Shown piece by piece: positions 1 to 11,724 of a stretch of 64,000 nucleotides of DNA. This stretch comes from Octopus vulgaris (taxonomy: Eukaryota). The position numbers and the translations under genes were made by a program. The DNA is taken from contig OX597827.1 in assembly GCA_951406725.2 (NCBI GenBank), positions 78,058,001 through 78,122,000 on the forward strand. The letters run 5' to 3'. The notes beneath the pieces are model-generated. The model saw only the letters and a program-made list of their open reading frames with translations. It did not search any database and was not told the DNA's origin. Within the stretch, counting starts at the first letter, position 1; every line of letters begins with the position of its first letter.

Positions 1-253
1 TTCTGTACAAGACATTGTAGATCTTTAGCTGGGCTAAAAAGTCACATTCGATCACAGCACCAGTAACAATTAAGCTTCGTGCAATGGCCATACTCGATAA
101 CGAGGGGGCAGCCATAAAATGTATGTATGTATGTTTGTATGTATGTATGTATGTATGTATGTATGTATGTATGTATGTATGTATGTATGTATGTATGTAT
201 GTATGTATGTATGTATGTATGTATATGTGTGTGTGTATGCATGTGTGTATATA

Positions 254-490
254 GGCGCAGGCATGGCTGTGTGGTAAGAAGTTTGTTTCCCACCCTCGTG
301 GTTCTGGGTTCAACCTTACTGCGTGACATCTTGAGCAAGTGTCTTTTCTCTATAGCCTTAGGCCGACCAAAGCCTTATGAGTGGATTTTGTAGATGGAAA
401 CTGAAAGAAGCACGTCGCGCGCACGTGTGTTTGTGTCTATGATTGTCTTCCAGCACCGCTCGACAACCGGTGCTGGTGTGTTTATGTTTG
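254..490 (+). mobile_element. tRNA-derived SINE with CORE-like domain (family A), partial
   Basis: Head GGCGCAGGCATGGCTGTGTGGTAAGAAG...GGGTTCAA (A/B-box like), then CTTGAGCAAGTGTCTT resembling the CORE domain; matches many other copies in the window. Confidence 0.8.
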
Positions 491-1299
491 CGTATATGCA
501 TACACGCAGATACTTAATATACTGACGAGCGATATTGATATTTTTGAAACGTAAAGGTTTAACTTTTACTCGCGTGTCATCACCATACCACTACCACCAC
601 CACCACCACCACCGCCGCCGCCACCACAATCACCGCCGCTACCACCACCACCACCACCACCACCACCACCACCAAAAATAACGTCATCAGCATCATCATC
701 ATCATCATCGTTGTCGTCGTCGTCGTCGTCCCAAACATGTGACAGGAGATCTTGTTAAAAGTACATCCTGAAGCACTTTTATCAATGACCCATCAAAGTG
801 ACCAACCCGAAAATTAGATGAAGTGGCTTCGACTTCTCTTTCCGTCTCCTCCTCCTCCTCCTCCTCCTCTGCCGACTTAGATAGTCCGCCCTTCTTTAAA
901 AGATTTTAATCGGTCTGTTTAACGACAAACATCAAACGGTGATAAAAACCGAAGTTAATTAACCAGAAATAACCGCCATGTCACCGTTTATTCCTGGTCA
1001 TGCGTTTCTATATATATCTGACACTTCACCAAATCCCTTAACAACAGCTTCCACTGTCTTTCCTCAGAGCCACCAGAGGAACTTTTTTTATGTAACAATA
1101 ACGTATCTGTTTGTTCTCAATACGTTCTGATAAATCCGAACGTGAATATCTCTTTGCAGTCGTTTTTCTAAATCAGAGAACTCCTCCCTCTTTTAGATGA
1201 TTCGTGTTCATAACATGATTCTCGGATGTAAAGTGACTTTGAGAGACCGTAATATTTCGACCTTATTGTCTACTTTTTTTTTTTATAAAAAAAAATCCC

Positions 1300-1755
1300 A
1301 AACAAGACGAAAAGAATGAATTTACTTCAGACTCGAAAGAGTTCAGGTCATGAGAAGAAGGAACACAATGAGATGGAAGAGAGTTCCAAAATCTGGCAGT
1401 TCGAAGAAAAAAGCTGCGACCATAGAAAGACTTCCTTATTCGTGGAAGTACAACAGCATTTAGATGGAGACATTGTGAGTTTTGAGTGAGGCGAGATGGC
1501 AGAAAGTGATCTGGAACTGAGAGAGAAAGTCCATCAGATGACTTACTGTGGCAATAATGATGGCAATGACAAAGACTGGTGACGTCATGTCAGTGTGACA
1601 AGGGATGCGGATATTGAAGCAAGAGAGGAACCATTCAAATTAGAGGATCACTTCTGAACCTAGACGAGAAGGTCCCGTTGTCAAGACGGTATATCTGCCC
1701 AAATACGACAACAGTTTTCCATACAAGGACGAATTGTGGCTTTGTAAAGATAGTC
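1300..1755 (-). mobile_element. Degenerate 3' fragment of a non-LTR retrotransposon ORF2 (jockey/L2/CR1 group)
   Basis: Minus-strand translation gives LYKATIRPCMENCCRIWAD (about 1695-1752) and FLRTARFWNSLPSHCVPSSHDLNSFESEVN (about 1320-1410), typical post-RT C-terminal motifs of these LINEs. Confidence 0.75.
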
Positions 1756-2074
1756 CTTTGACCTATACAATGATTCAGCCTCACGGGTTGGTCAAAGCCA
1801 CCCCTCCGGACGGATTAAGCTAACAAGAGTTCAGGCATTTGGTTATAGAAGTCAGCAAATTACTTGCTTATATGTGTTAATGTCTTCCAGACAGGTAATA
1901 ATCTATGAGGTGCATTCAGAACAGAGAGAATCCAGATTATAACAATAACGTATCTGTTCATTCTTACTAGGTTCCAGTAGATTCGAACGTGACTGTTTGA
2001 TCGCTGTTGCTTTTCGTCATCGGAAAACGTCTCAATAAGGTCGAAATACTGCGGTTGCCGAACAAATAGGGGTA

Positions 2075-2160
2075 CCGAACAATTAAGTTATGGAAACACC
2101 AAAAACGATTTCAAACGGTGGGGCAAGAGACAAAAACACACACAGACACACACACACACA

Positions 2161-2206
<46 letters not shown>

Positions 2207-2617
2207 CACACATACAAACAAGGCTGAAGACGCTCGACCTTTATTCTCTGGAAAAACGACGATGCCGTGGTGATCTCATTCTTGCTCACAACATCATAAG
2301 CGGAAAGTGTAACCTCTCGAAGGAGCTGTTCTTCACTCCTGCTCCAGAGCGTCGGCTGCGGGGTCATTCCGAAAAGCTCTATCTGCGACGATTTCATCTT
2401 AATCGAAGGAGAGGGGCTTTCTCCGTCCGGGTTGCGGATCCGTGGAATAAGCTGCCGGACGAGATGGTGAAGATGCTGATGACCGCTCGGTTCAAAGTCT
2501 CCCTTGACCACAAGTGGCCTGAACTCTTTACATGAACACCACCCTGTACATAACTCCATGTCCCTCTACATGGCCTTGCTTTTTTTGCTTTTTGAGCCAA
2601 AAAATTAACTAACTAAC

Positions 2618-2687
<70 letters not shown>

Positions 2688-2846
2688 CAGACTTTCTGTT
2701 TCCGTCTACAAAATCCAGTCACAAAGCTTTGGTCGTCCCGAGGCTACAGTAGAAGACACTTGCCCAAAGTTCCACGCAGTGGCACTGAACCCGGGACCAT
2801 GTGGCTGGGAAGCAAACTTCTTATCACAGAACCACACTTGCGCCTA
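2075..2846 (-). mobile_element. SINE family A copy interrupted by the CR1 fragment within its internal (CA)n
   Basis: 2686-2846 is the reverse complement of the family A head and CORE-like part; 2075-2135 resembles the part after the microsatellite. Confidence 0.7.
2221..2620 (+). mobile_element. 5'-truncated CR1-clade LINE (ORF2 C-terminus, 3' UTR and (AACT)n tail)
   Basis: Open frame 2221-2535: RLKTLDLYSLEKRRCRGDLI...RLRGHSEKL...FSVRVADPWNKLP...FKVSLD...*; tandem AACT tail at about 2607-2620; sits inside a (CA)n tract. Confidence 0.9.
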
Positions 2847-4190
2847 GATTTTCATTAAATTTTACGAAACCCTAAATTTTTGCTAAACAGGATCCACTTC
2901 AGAAAGCATTGTCCTACAGCAAATATCAATCAAAGACCATTTATTCTCTGGCCATCGAACCCTATTTCATTGACGAAGACAATGTCCAGAAGGGAACTTG
3001 ATTTTAAGTGTGGTTTTCCTCGTGAAAATTATCATCAAATTGAGTCTGGTCCCATGGGACATGAACCAAAGTGTTACTGTAAACCTGTTTTTTCATGTTT
3101 CCATGGCTTCAGTATCAGTTTTTTTTTTTCCTTTGTGCCTTTCGTAGGGACCACCGGGGGAAATTTTGCAAAGTAGAACGAAATTCCTTTCGGGCCCCAC
3201 CTGGGAATGTGGTGGGTCTCCTCTTCCCGTCAGAAATTCAGGGGGCCCCTTTTTAGACCGGAGCTATATACTAGCTGAACCTTCCCTCTCTCATCGACCC
3301 TGTTCTTTTGTACAGTTCAGTTACCAACCGTGTCATAGTTCTTAAATATTTCATCCCTGTTTCCGATTTTGCTTTATAACTTATATTTTTCATATTCCTC
3401 TATTGTGAAACGATGTCAATTAGTAATTTTAACCTAAGATCTGCTGTTGCTTTATATTTTCTGTCTTAGTTTTCGATTAGTTTCTGTTCTACGCCATAAA
3501 ACATTTCCCGGATGTTTTCTTTCGTTGTCACAAATTTTGATAGTTTAAAATTACGTGAAAATTTACAAATTTGGTAATATTGATATAATTTGTCCCGCTG
3601 AATCCGATTTTGTGACTCATTTATTCCAGAAAAATTTTAGAAAAATGTTACAGATGTTCAATGTTTGATCATTTTTAGCCAATCAGAAGACAAGGTTTAG
3701 AAGCTGGCATTTTCTGAGTGATAGCTATCTGTCGCAAAATGGAAGCAAAACATTATGACGACGAACTTTTTAATAGTTCACATAAACAAATAATAAATTT
3801 TCAAAATAAGTTTACAAAATTCCAAATAAAATCTGTGGTGACAACAACCGAAAAGAGCCCCTGGGGGAACTTATGAAAATGAGGTTAAAACATCCAGAAA
3901 ATATAGAGGCAGTCGTCGTCAAAGAAAATACACAGATGACGAAAATGCGCGTGATAGTTGTGGTTTGGTCGGACTACAGCTTCGCTTGTTACTATCGTGA
4001 CAAGGGCTAAAATTATCAAAAATTTGCAAAATTTTAAAAGCTATTAACTTCTTTCTATATTTATTTAAGAGATGAGGAATTGCCCAAGGCTCCACGCAAT
4101 GGCACTGAACCCGAGATCGTGTGGATGGGAAGCAAACTTCTTACCACAGAACCACACTTGCGCCTATATTTTCATTAAATTTTACTAAAA

Positions 4191-4268
4191 GACCCATATG
4201 GCGTTGTGGTTAAGAACGCGGGCTACTAACCCCAAGATTCCGAGTTCGATCCCAGGCAGTGACCTGAA

Positions 4269-4300
<32 letters not shown>

Positions 4301-4499
4301 ATACTAATAATAATAATAATAATGATAATAATAACAACAACAACAACAACATCGAAAAATACCTTAGGAATGAGAACCCGTTTCGAAATTTCCCCAAGAC
4401 TCCTGATGAAGGTTGGAGGGTATATCAGCCGAAACGTTGTGTTAACAACAAACAAGTTGAGGACAAATATCCGTCTAATGTAAATAATGTAATTAATAC
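4191..4499 (+). mobile_element. tRNA-headed SINE-like element carrying a Penelope-type minimal hammerhead motif (family H)
   Basis: A box (TGGCGTTGTGG), anticodon-like arm GGG-CTACTAA-CCC and B box GAGTTCGATCC; (TAC/TAA/AAC)n linker; body shared with 61405-61574 (-). Confidence 0.75.
4398..4443 (+). ncRNA. Minimal type I hammerhead ribozyme motif
   Basis: GACTC-CTGATGA-A-GGTTG...CAGCC-GAAA-CGT-T-GTGTT: conserved core, stem II, palindromic ACGU stem III, stem I with one mismatch (intact GACAC in the 61.5 kb copy). Confidence 0.65.
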
Positions 4500-4667
4500 C
4501 TATTAACTTCTTATTTATTAATCTATAACAAAAATGAATTTCATGTTCGTAATTAGTGTAAAAAACAAAATCGGTACACTAAATTTGAAAACCATTGGAT
4601 CAAAATATTAAAATATAGAAAATTTAATAGCAACAAGGAAGGTTTCATTTCACAGTGTTGTATTTCT

Positions 4668-4714
<47 letters not shown>

Positions 4715-5454
4715 CTCTACCCCAATTAGGTAACAAAATGTGTGTTTTGCTTCTTAATAGACTTCATCCATTTTAATGCAGCGCACGGGCCCTATTCTCT
4801 ACGTAGGTCTCCAGATTCTGCCAGTGCGCAGTGCATCTTCTTATTACATATTTAATCCTGTGCATTCTCATTCCTTTGTAAGTCTTACTTTTAGCTTCCA
4901 AAACTCTGGCCATGTTGCTGTTTATTTATACTGCATTCTGTTGCAGCAATCCAGATGTTTCCGGAGTTGGCTTATGCTACTGCAATTATCGTAAACATAA
5001 CTGCAAACTGCCTTCGTTTGTCAATTGGGAATACACATGCATGCATGCATACGAACATACTTTCTTCCACACATACATATACATAGATGCACATATATAC
5101 ATACATGGAAACATACACAAACATATAAGCTTATACATATTATATATATATACATTCGAATATACATACATCTACACACACATACGCGCATACATACTAT
5201 CTCTCGCGCGCGCACTGGTCTGCTAATCGTGTCCAAGAAAGAACATGATTGGCTATTAAAATGAATCGTGTTTTCTCGACAGTTTAACGTTAAGCTTGCT
5301 GGTCTCTCTGTCATTTACCGAAGTTTATGTGTTCTCCAGTATAAAGATTGTTCCCGTGTAGAGTACCGTGTATTTTAAAGCCTCCACTAGATTTTCTAAA
5401 CCTTTCCCATCCGTAATTTATGTTACACACATATATATAAATATATATACATTT

Positions 5455-5900
5455 TTGTATGTATGTATGTATGTATGTATGTATGTATGTATGTATGTAT
5501 GTATGTATGTATGTATGTATGTACGTACGTACGTATCTATGTGTGTGTGTGTGTGTGTGGAGAGAGAGAGAGCTACAGATATAGATATAAACACACGCAC
5601 ATACAGATAAATAGCTAGATAACATGTGTCTATAAACATACATACATACATACATACAATACATACATACATACACACACACACACCTACATACATACAA
5701 TACATACATACATACATACATACATACATACATACATACATACATACATACAATACATACATACATACACACACACCTACATATATACACACATACACAC
5801 ATACATACATACATACATACATACATACATACATACATACATACATACATACATACATACATACATACATACATACACACACCTACATACATATTATATA
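5455..5900. repeat. (GTAT)n and (ATAC)n tetranucleotide microsatellites in opposite orientation
   Basis: Directly visible. Confidence 0.95.
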
Positions 5901-6074
5901 AAGCAGTTAGCTAAGCGACATTGTTGGAACTTATTATGTTTGCCTGGAAGGGATAAAAATTGTTGAAAATCATTTTCTTTCGCAAACTCCGCTTAGTCAT
6001 TTCACTGGCAGAAGGAAGTCGACAGGAGAGTTTTATTGAAAACATTCGTAAATGGCGGCAACAGCAGACGATGA

Positions 6075-6551
6075 ATGGGGGTGGTGAAGGTGATGGTGGA
6101 GATGTATGTAGTGGTGAAGGTGGTGAAGGTGGTGAAGATGGAGGTGGTGATGGTGGTGGAGGAGGAGGCAGTGGGGGTAATATTGATGACAGTGGTGGTG
6201 ACGGTGGCGCTGATAAAGATAATGGTGGCGGTGGCCTTGTTATTTTCGGTGGCGGCTGGTAGTGATACAGATTGTGAAGGAGGTGATTGCGATGCTAATG
6301 GTGATGACAGTGTTGTTGATGGTGGCGGTTGTGGTGGTGGTGCAGGTGGTGGTGGTGGTGGTGGTGGTGGAAGTGGTGATAGTGGTGGTGGTGGTGGTGG
6401 TGGTGGTGGTGGTGGTGGTGGTGGTGGAAGTAGTGGTGGTGGTGGTGTTGATGATGGTGGTGGTGGTGGTAGTGGTGGTGGTGGTGATGGTGGTGGTGGT
6501 GGTGGTGGTGGTGGTGGTGGTGGTAGTGGTGGTGGAAGTGGTGAAGGTGAT

Positions 6552-6552
<1 letters not shown>
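6075..6552. repeat. Degenerate (GGT)n trinucleotide tract
   Basis: Directly visible; source of the poly-Gly, poly-Pro and poly-His ORFs. Confidence 0.95.
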
Positions 6553-6598
<46 letters not shown>

Positions 6599-7938
6599 CA
6601 GAGTGGAGCAGAGAAGACGGACGTTTTTGAAATGGCTCTTACTCAGTCCCAGGGGGAGGAACATATGTCCGACATGTACCCTTCGGTCCGTGGTGTCTTA
6701 GCATGTTTTTTTTCCTTTTCAGGTGGAGCCATGGCGCTGTGGACGATAGAGCATCGCGCATTTGCATGCGACAGTTACGTGAAGAATAGCGAATCTGTCA
6801 CAGAAGTTCAGCGGGAGTTTCGGCGTCACTTCAACATTCACCGAAACCAGGCTGTTCCCACCCGTAACACAATCTTACGTTGGGTGAATGCTCTTCGTAC
6901 GCGAAGTACACCAATAAATAGGAGACTGGTGGGGGTGCCATGAACGGTATGGACCCCGGAAAATGTGGAACGCGTCAGACAAGCTTTGACACAGAGTCCG
7001 AATCGCACTGCTCAGAGTCCTTCCACTGAACTTGGCATCGATAATCGATCGGTAAGGTGTATTTTACATGAAATCCTGAATTTCCATCCGTACAAATTGG
7101 TCATTGGGCAACAGTTGAAACCATGGGACCATGCACAACGGCTTAACTTCGCACGTCAGATGGAAGCAATTTTTGAGGCAAATGACAACCTCATTTTGTT
7201 AATGAGTGATGAAGCTCATTTTCATCTCAATGGAATGGTGAATCAGAATCGTCGTTATTGGGCTCTTGAAAATTTGAGAGAACTCCATGAAACACCATTG
7301 CACAGCCCAAAAATGACGGTCTGGTGTGCTGTTGGAAAAGCTACCGTCATTGGTCCTATATTTTTTTAAGACAATAATGGAAGCGCTGTTACTGTGAACT
7401 CCGAGTGTTACATTGAGATGATAAACAACTTCTTTGTGCCTGAATTACAACGAAAATGTAGGCCTATTTGACGTGTGTGGTTTCAGCAGGATGGGCCGAC
7501 GGCCCACACAGACAGAGCATCAATGGACGTTCTTCGTCCTCTCTTCGGTGACCGTCTCATTTCCAGATTTGCTGACATTCCTTGGCCCACTCAGTCCTCT
7601 GATTTGTCCATGTGTGATTATTTCTTGTGGGGAAACCTCAAGGCACGTGTGTATGCGCATAAGCACCGTACATTGGACGATCTGAAGGAAGCTTTTCGCG
7701 TGTAAGTCGCCCAAATCGACAGAGCAATGCTGGAGAGAGCGGAAGCCAACTTCCAAGAATGCCTTCAGAAATGCATCAACGAAAAACCAACACCACATCA
7801 TGGATGTTGTTTTCCACATTTGATTTTGACAAATGCTAATTCAATAGGAACACACTGATGTCAATAAAATTTGTTTGCAGCTAAAATTAATGATTTTGTG
7901 ATATTTTTAAAAACGTCCGTCCTCTCTTCTCCACCTTG
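6599..7938 (+). mobile_element. Full-length Tc1/mariner transposon of DD41D (rosa) type, about 1340 bp
   Basis: About 30-bp imperfect TIRs (CAGAGTGGAGCAGAGAAGACGGACGTTTTT vs reverse complement CAAGGTGGAGAAGAGAGGACGGACGTTTTT); TA at left, TG at right; encloses a transposase. Confidence 0.92.
6731..7823 (+). pseudogene. DD41D transposase pseudogene
   Basis: ORF pieces 6731-6943, 6965-7369 and 7475-7705 lie in one frame separated by premature stops. N-terminal S(V)TEVQREFRRHF HTH motif, SDEAHFHL, WFQQDGPTAH, WPTQSSDLSMCDYFLWG; 41 residues counted between the second and third catalytic Asp; frameshift near the C-terminus. Confidence 0.9.
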
Positions 7939-7966
7939 TGCGTCTGTGTATATATCTATCTATCTA

Positions 7967-8004
<38 letters not shown>

Positions 8005-8008
<4 letters not shown>

Positions 8009-8557
8009 CGTATTTTTGCCATTTCAATATGGCTAACCCCTAAGGGTGGATGCTACTGTAGTTTTTAGCCCCAGGAGGACACACTCCTCCAGCTGGCCAT
8101 AGACACACTTTCTGTGTCCTGTCAGTATTTGCAAAGGGAAGTCATCCTTCCCGTCTTCAACTTATGATACACACGGACTCGAGTTTCGAGGTATTGACCT
8201 CTCGTCAGCGTGTGACAATCATAGTTGTCGCCGAGAATTAGATTTCCTTCCCAAATACTTATACTTTTTCCAGCGTCCACTGTCGCTGATATTGAAAAAG
8301 TGAAATCAAACAATGATAAATATCAAAGTGAGTTATATACAGTAGCGGTAACACATCGTGACGTATTTTTGCCATTTCAATATGGCTAACCCCTAACACA
8401 CAGAAAGTGTGTCTATGGCCAGCTGGAGGAGTGTGTCCTCCTGGGGCTAAAAACTACAGTAACATCCACCCTTAGGGGTTAGCCATATTGAAATGGCAAA
8501 AATACGTCACGATATATTACCGCTACTGTATATAACTCACTTTGATATTTATCATTG

Positions 8558-8559
<2 letters not shown>
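8005..8559 (-). mobile_element. Non-coding retrozyme/Penelope-like element: 353-bp unit, partial direct repeat and inverted 5' segment, inserted in (TA)n
   Basis: GTGACGTATTTTTGCCATTTCAATATGGCTAACCCCTAA occurs at 8005 and 8358; 8399-8559 is an inverted copy of 8005-8116 and 8309-8395; contains a hammerhead; (TA)n on both sides. Confidence 0.8.
8170..8214 (-). ncRNA. Type I hammerhead ribozyme with canonical core
   Basis: Minus strand reads CACACG-CUGACGA-GAGG-UCAAUA-CCUC-GAA-ACUCGAGU-C-CGUGUG: 6-bp stem I, 4-bp stem II, palindromic stem III, GUC cleavage triplet. Confidence 0.9.
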
Positions 8560-8604
<45 letters not shown>

Positions 8605-9620
8605 GGAGTAAATCCAAACTTACAGGGAAAAATTAGATTTAGGATTAAATCTAATTTTACAGTATAAATATAAGTTAAATTAAACAGAGTCCACCTAGTT
8701 TAACACAACCACTTGGTCCCTGAATATATCTAGAAGAGTCCAGTTTAACACTATCTTCTACTCTTTGGGTACTTTTCGTAGAATCCGCTCTGATGTCATC
8801 TTATTTAACATCACCATCTGGTTCTTGGTTACCATCAGCGGAATCTATTCTCTAGTTGGCATCCGGACCATGTCTCAGGATTAAGGATAATTTCTTTTAA
8901 AACCAGTCTTGATGACCCGAACAAAATAGTCTCATAAATGTTGTCTTTCCCTTTTTGACGAAGCTGAAAAAACACGGGATTACTTCTGCTGGTCGAACTA
9001 TACTCGAGATCCGTTTATCTAATTGCTGTCAACTGCGGTGCTATCAAAGCCATGAACATAAGGGGTCATGGGCCCTGGAACAGTGGGTGCAAGCGCACTT
9101 CCTAAAATTGCTGGGGGTTATAAAATTAAATTTTGTACCCAAACTTACTTTTCTCGGTTTATAAAACAGTGCATAAAAAGTTACCTGTAAAAAGCAGCTT
9201 CACATTAGGTTTCTTCCCAAACAACAAAGAACAATAAGTAAATAAACAATAAAACATTGTTTGTAAAAAAAATTGGACTTGGGTTTGTACCCACAAAGCC
9301 AATTTCGTTCCCGGGCCAGTGACAGGGCTCTACTGGTCTGAGCACCCAATATCAATTTTATAGGTCGTGTAGGTAAGGGGTCTCAGTGCATTTGCTTTGC
9401 TCTGGTGACGTGGGGATATAATGCTGTTAAGACGGCCCTGGTTAAAAAAGGTTTGCACTTTCTTTTGACTCCTCTCACTTGCAATACGCAAACGATGTTG
9501 TTTAGCAACAGGCTAGCCATGATCCATCAGACCTATTATTAAACACCTTCCACCCACGACCGTCTCATCTTGATTTTTTTTTCAGGAACACTGAAAGATC
9601 ATACACTTCAATCCGACTAC

Positions 9621-10012
9621 GGTGGCGAGCTGGCAGAAACGTTAGCACGCCGGGCGAAAAGCTTAGCGGTATTTCGTCTGCCGCTACGTTCTGAGTTCAA
9701 ATTCCGCCGAAGTCGACTTTGCCTTTCATCCTTTCGGGGTCGATTAAATAAGTACCAGTTACGCACTGGGGTCGATGTAATTGACTTAATCCGTTTGTCT
9801 GTCCTTGTTTGTCCTCTCTCTGTTTAGCCCCTTGTGGGTAGTAAAGAAATAGGTATTTCGTCTGTCTTTACGTTCTGAGTTCAAATTCTGCCGAGGTCGA
9901 CTTTGCCTTTCATCCTTTCGGGGTCGATAAATTAAGTACCAGTTGCGTACTGGGTCGATCTAATCGACTGGTCCCCTCCCCCAAAACTTCGGGCCTTGTG
10001 CCTAGAGCAGAA
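9621..10012 (+). mobile_element. Dimeric tRNA-derived SINE (family B) with a GCCTTTCATCCTTTCGGGGTCGATAAATTAAGTACC central domain (resembles the Meta-SINE domain)
   Basis: Head GGCGAGCTGGCAGAAACGTTAG...GAGTTCAAATTCC; central domain repeated twice; related copies at 20085-20290, 27485-27670, 29335-29725, 54678-54895 and 60345-60715. Confidence 0.8.
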
Positions 10013-11687
10013 TAGACTATTCAATCTTAACTCGAAAACGTGTGTTTGAGAGTGATTTAGCTGCTATTTCTTACTATTTCTTACGATCACGTAGGAGCTC
10101 TTTAAAATGTAATGTCAGTTATTTGGAACTGGCGAATATCCCAAAACCCAGTCTTCGGAGAGGCAGCAGGACTAATTAAAAATACAGATCGTCAACTAAT
10201 TAATCGGGGCTTAAAATGATAGATATATGATAGTGAGAGAGAGAGAGAGAAAGAGATAAAAAAGGGGGGAGGGAGATTAGTGGTGGTTGGGTAAGAGGAG
10301 GAGATTAGATTAAGTGAAAGGATGAGGGGGAAACACTATATGAAAGGCGAGCAATAGTAAGAGGTGAAGAAATAAATGCGAAAGTGGAGGCGGAGGAGGG
10401 GGAGGAGGAGGTGACGAGAGACGATAAAGAAGAGGAGAGGGAGGAGGAGGTGATTGTTAAGTATAACTATTTGAAACATTTAAACCATGTTTGTGCTTAT
10501 GAGACAGACGATCGCACGTGAGCTGGAGATGGGACGACGAAGGAGGAGAAGGGAGCATTGGCGTCGGGTGATGACGGTGGAGGTGGTGGTGGTAGTGGGA
10601 GTTGTGATGGTTATAGTGGTGGTGGTGGTGGAGGAGGAGATGTGGTAGTGGTGATTGTAGTAGTGATGGTAGTGGCGGTGGTGGTGAAGTGGTGTATGTG
10701 TGTATGTGTGTGTGTGTACATAGATATAGTGTGTATGCATATATATATATATATATATACACACGCACATACACACTCATAATGTATATACATATATTTT
10801 TTTGTGTTCTTAATTTTTTTAATGCGTAGTGAGTGATTTGGAGGAAATTTTTGGCTGCCATCTCTAGCAAATCGAGCGACCACATTAGATTGGTGATAAT
10901 AGCGGAGGTGGTTGTGATGATGGTAGTGGTGGTGGTGGTGGTGGTGGTGGTGGTGGTGATGGTGGTGGTGGTGGTGGTGGTGGTGGTGGTACCGGAGACA
11001 GAAAAAAAAATATGGTGTACTTTTATTGGTTCCCCTGTCGGTTCCAACAATAAATAAATGAAAAAAAATATGGAGCTTTCGTTAAGAATCCTCATTCACC
11101 TCACCCTCTGTCTTCAGTTGTCTCTTAAGATGTCTCCTGCACACTTTCTCCCACTGACTCTCTCTCATACAGTTACATATGCACATACATACATACATAC
11201 ACACATATAAGCATGCATACATACATACGTACATACACATGTACGTATGCATGTATGTATGCTTATATGTGTGTATGTTATAGTGTGTGCGTACGTATGT
11301 GTGAGTAGAGAGAAATGTGGAGTGAGATAGCTGACGATGCTCCCCCCCTTCTTCCCCTCTATTATATTTTCTGTTTCGCATTTTAATTTCTTTCCTCTCT
11401 TTCTTTCTATGTGTGTATGTGTATGTATGTATATATATATATATATTTCTCTTTTCTCTTTTACTTGTTTCAGTCATTTTGACTGCGGCCATGCTGGAGC
11501 ACCGCCTTTAGTCGAGCAACTCGACCCCGGGACTTATTCTTTTCGTAAGCCCAGTACTTATTCTATCGGTCTCTTTTTGCCGAACCGCTAAGTGTATATA
11601 TATATATACATACACATACATACATATGTATATATACATATATATATCCATATATATATCATATATATATATATATATACATATATA

Positions 11688-11724
<37 letters not shown>

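Noticed and set aside
522-558. CTGACGA...GAAACGTA hammerhead-like motif
   Set aside because: Core words are present but stems I and II do not pair convincingly
2083-2559. 158-aa minus-strand ORF
   Set aside because: Antisense of the CR1 ORF2 fragment plus (CA)n
5311-5901. MYVC and HTYI repeat ORFs (and many similar ones across the window)
   Set aside because: Stop-free frames of tetra- and dinucleotide microsatellites
6002-6701. Long poly-Pro, poly-Gly, poly-Val and poly-His ORFs
   Set aside because: Translations of a (GGT)n/(TA)n microsatellite; no domain or splice evidence
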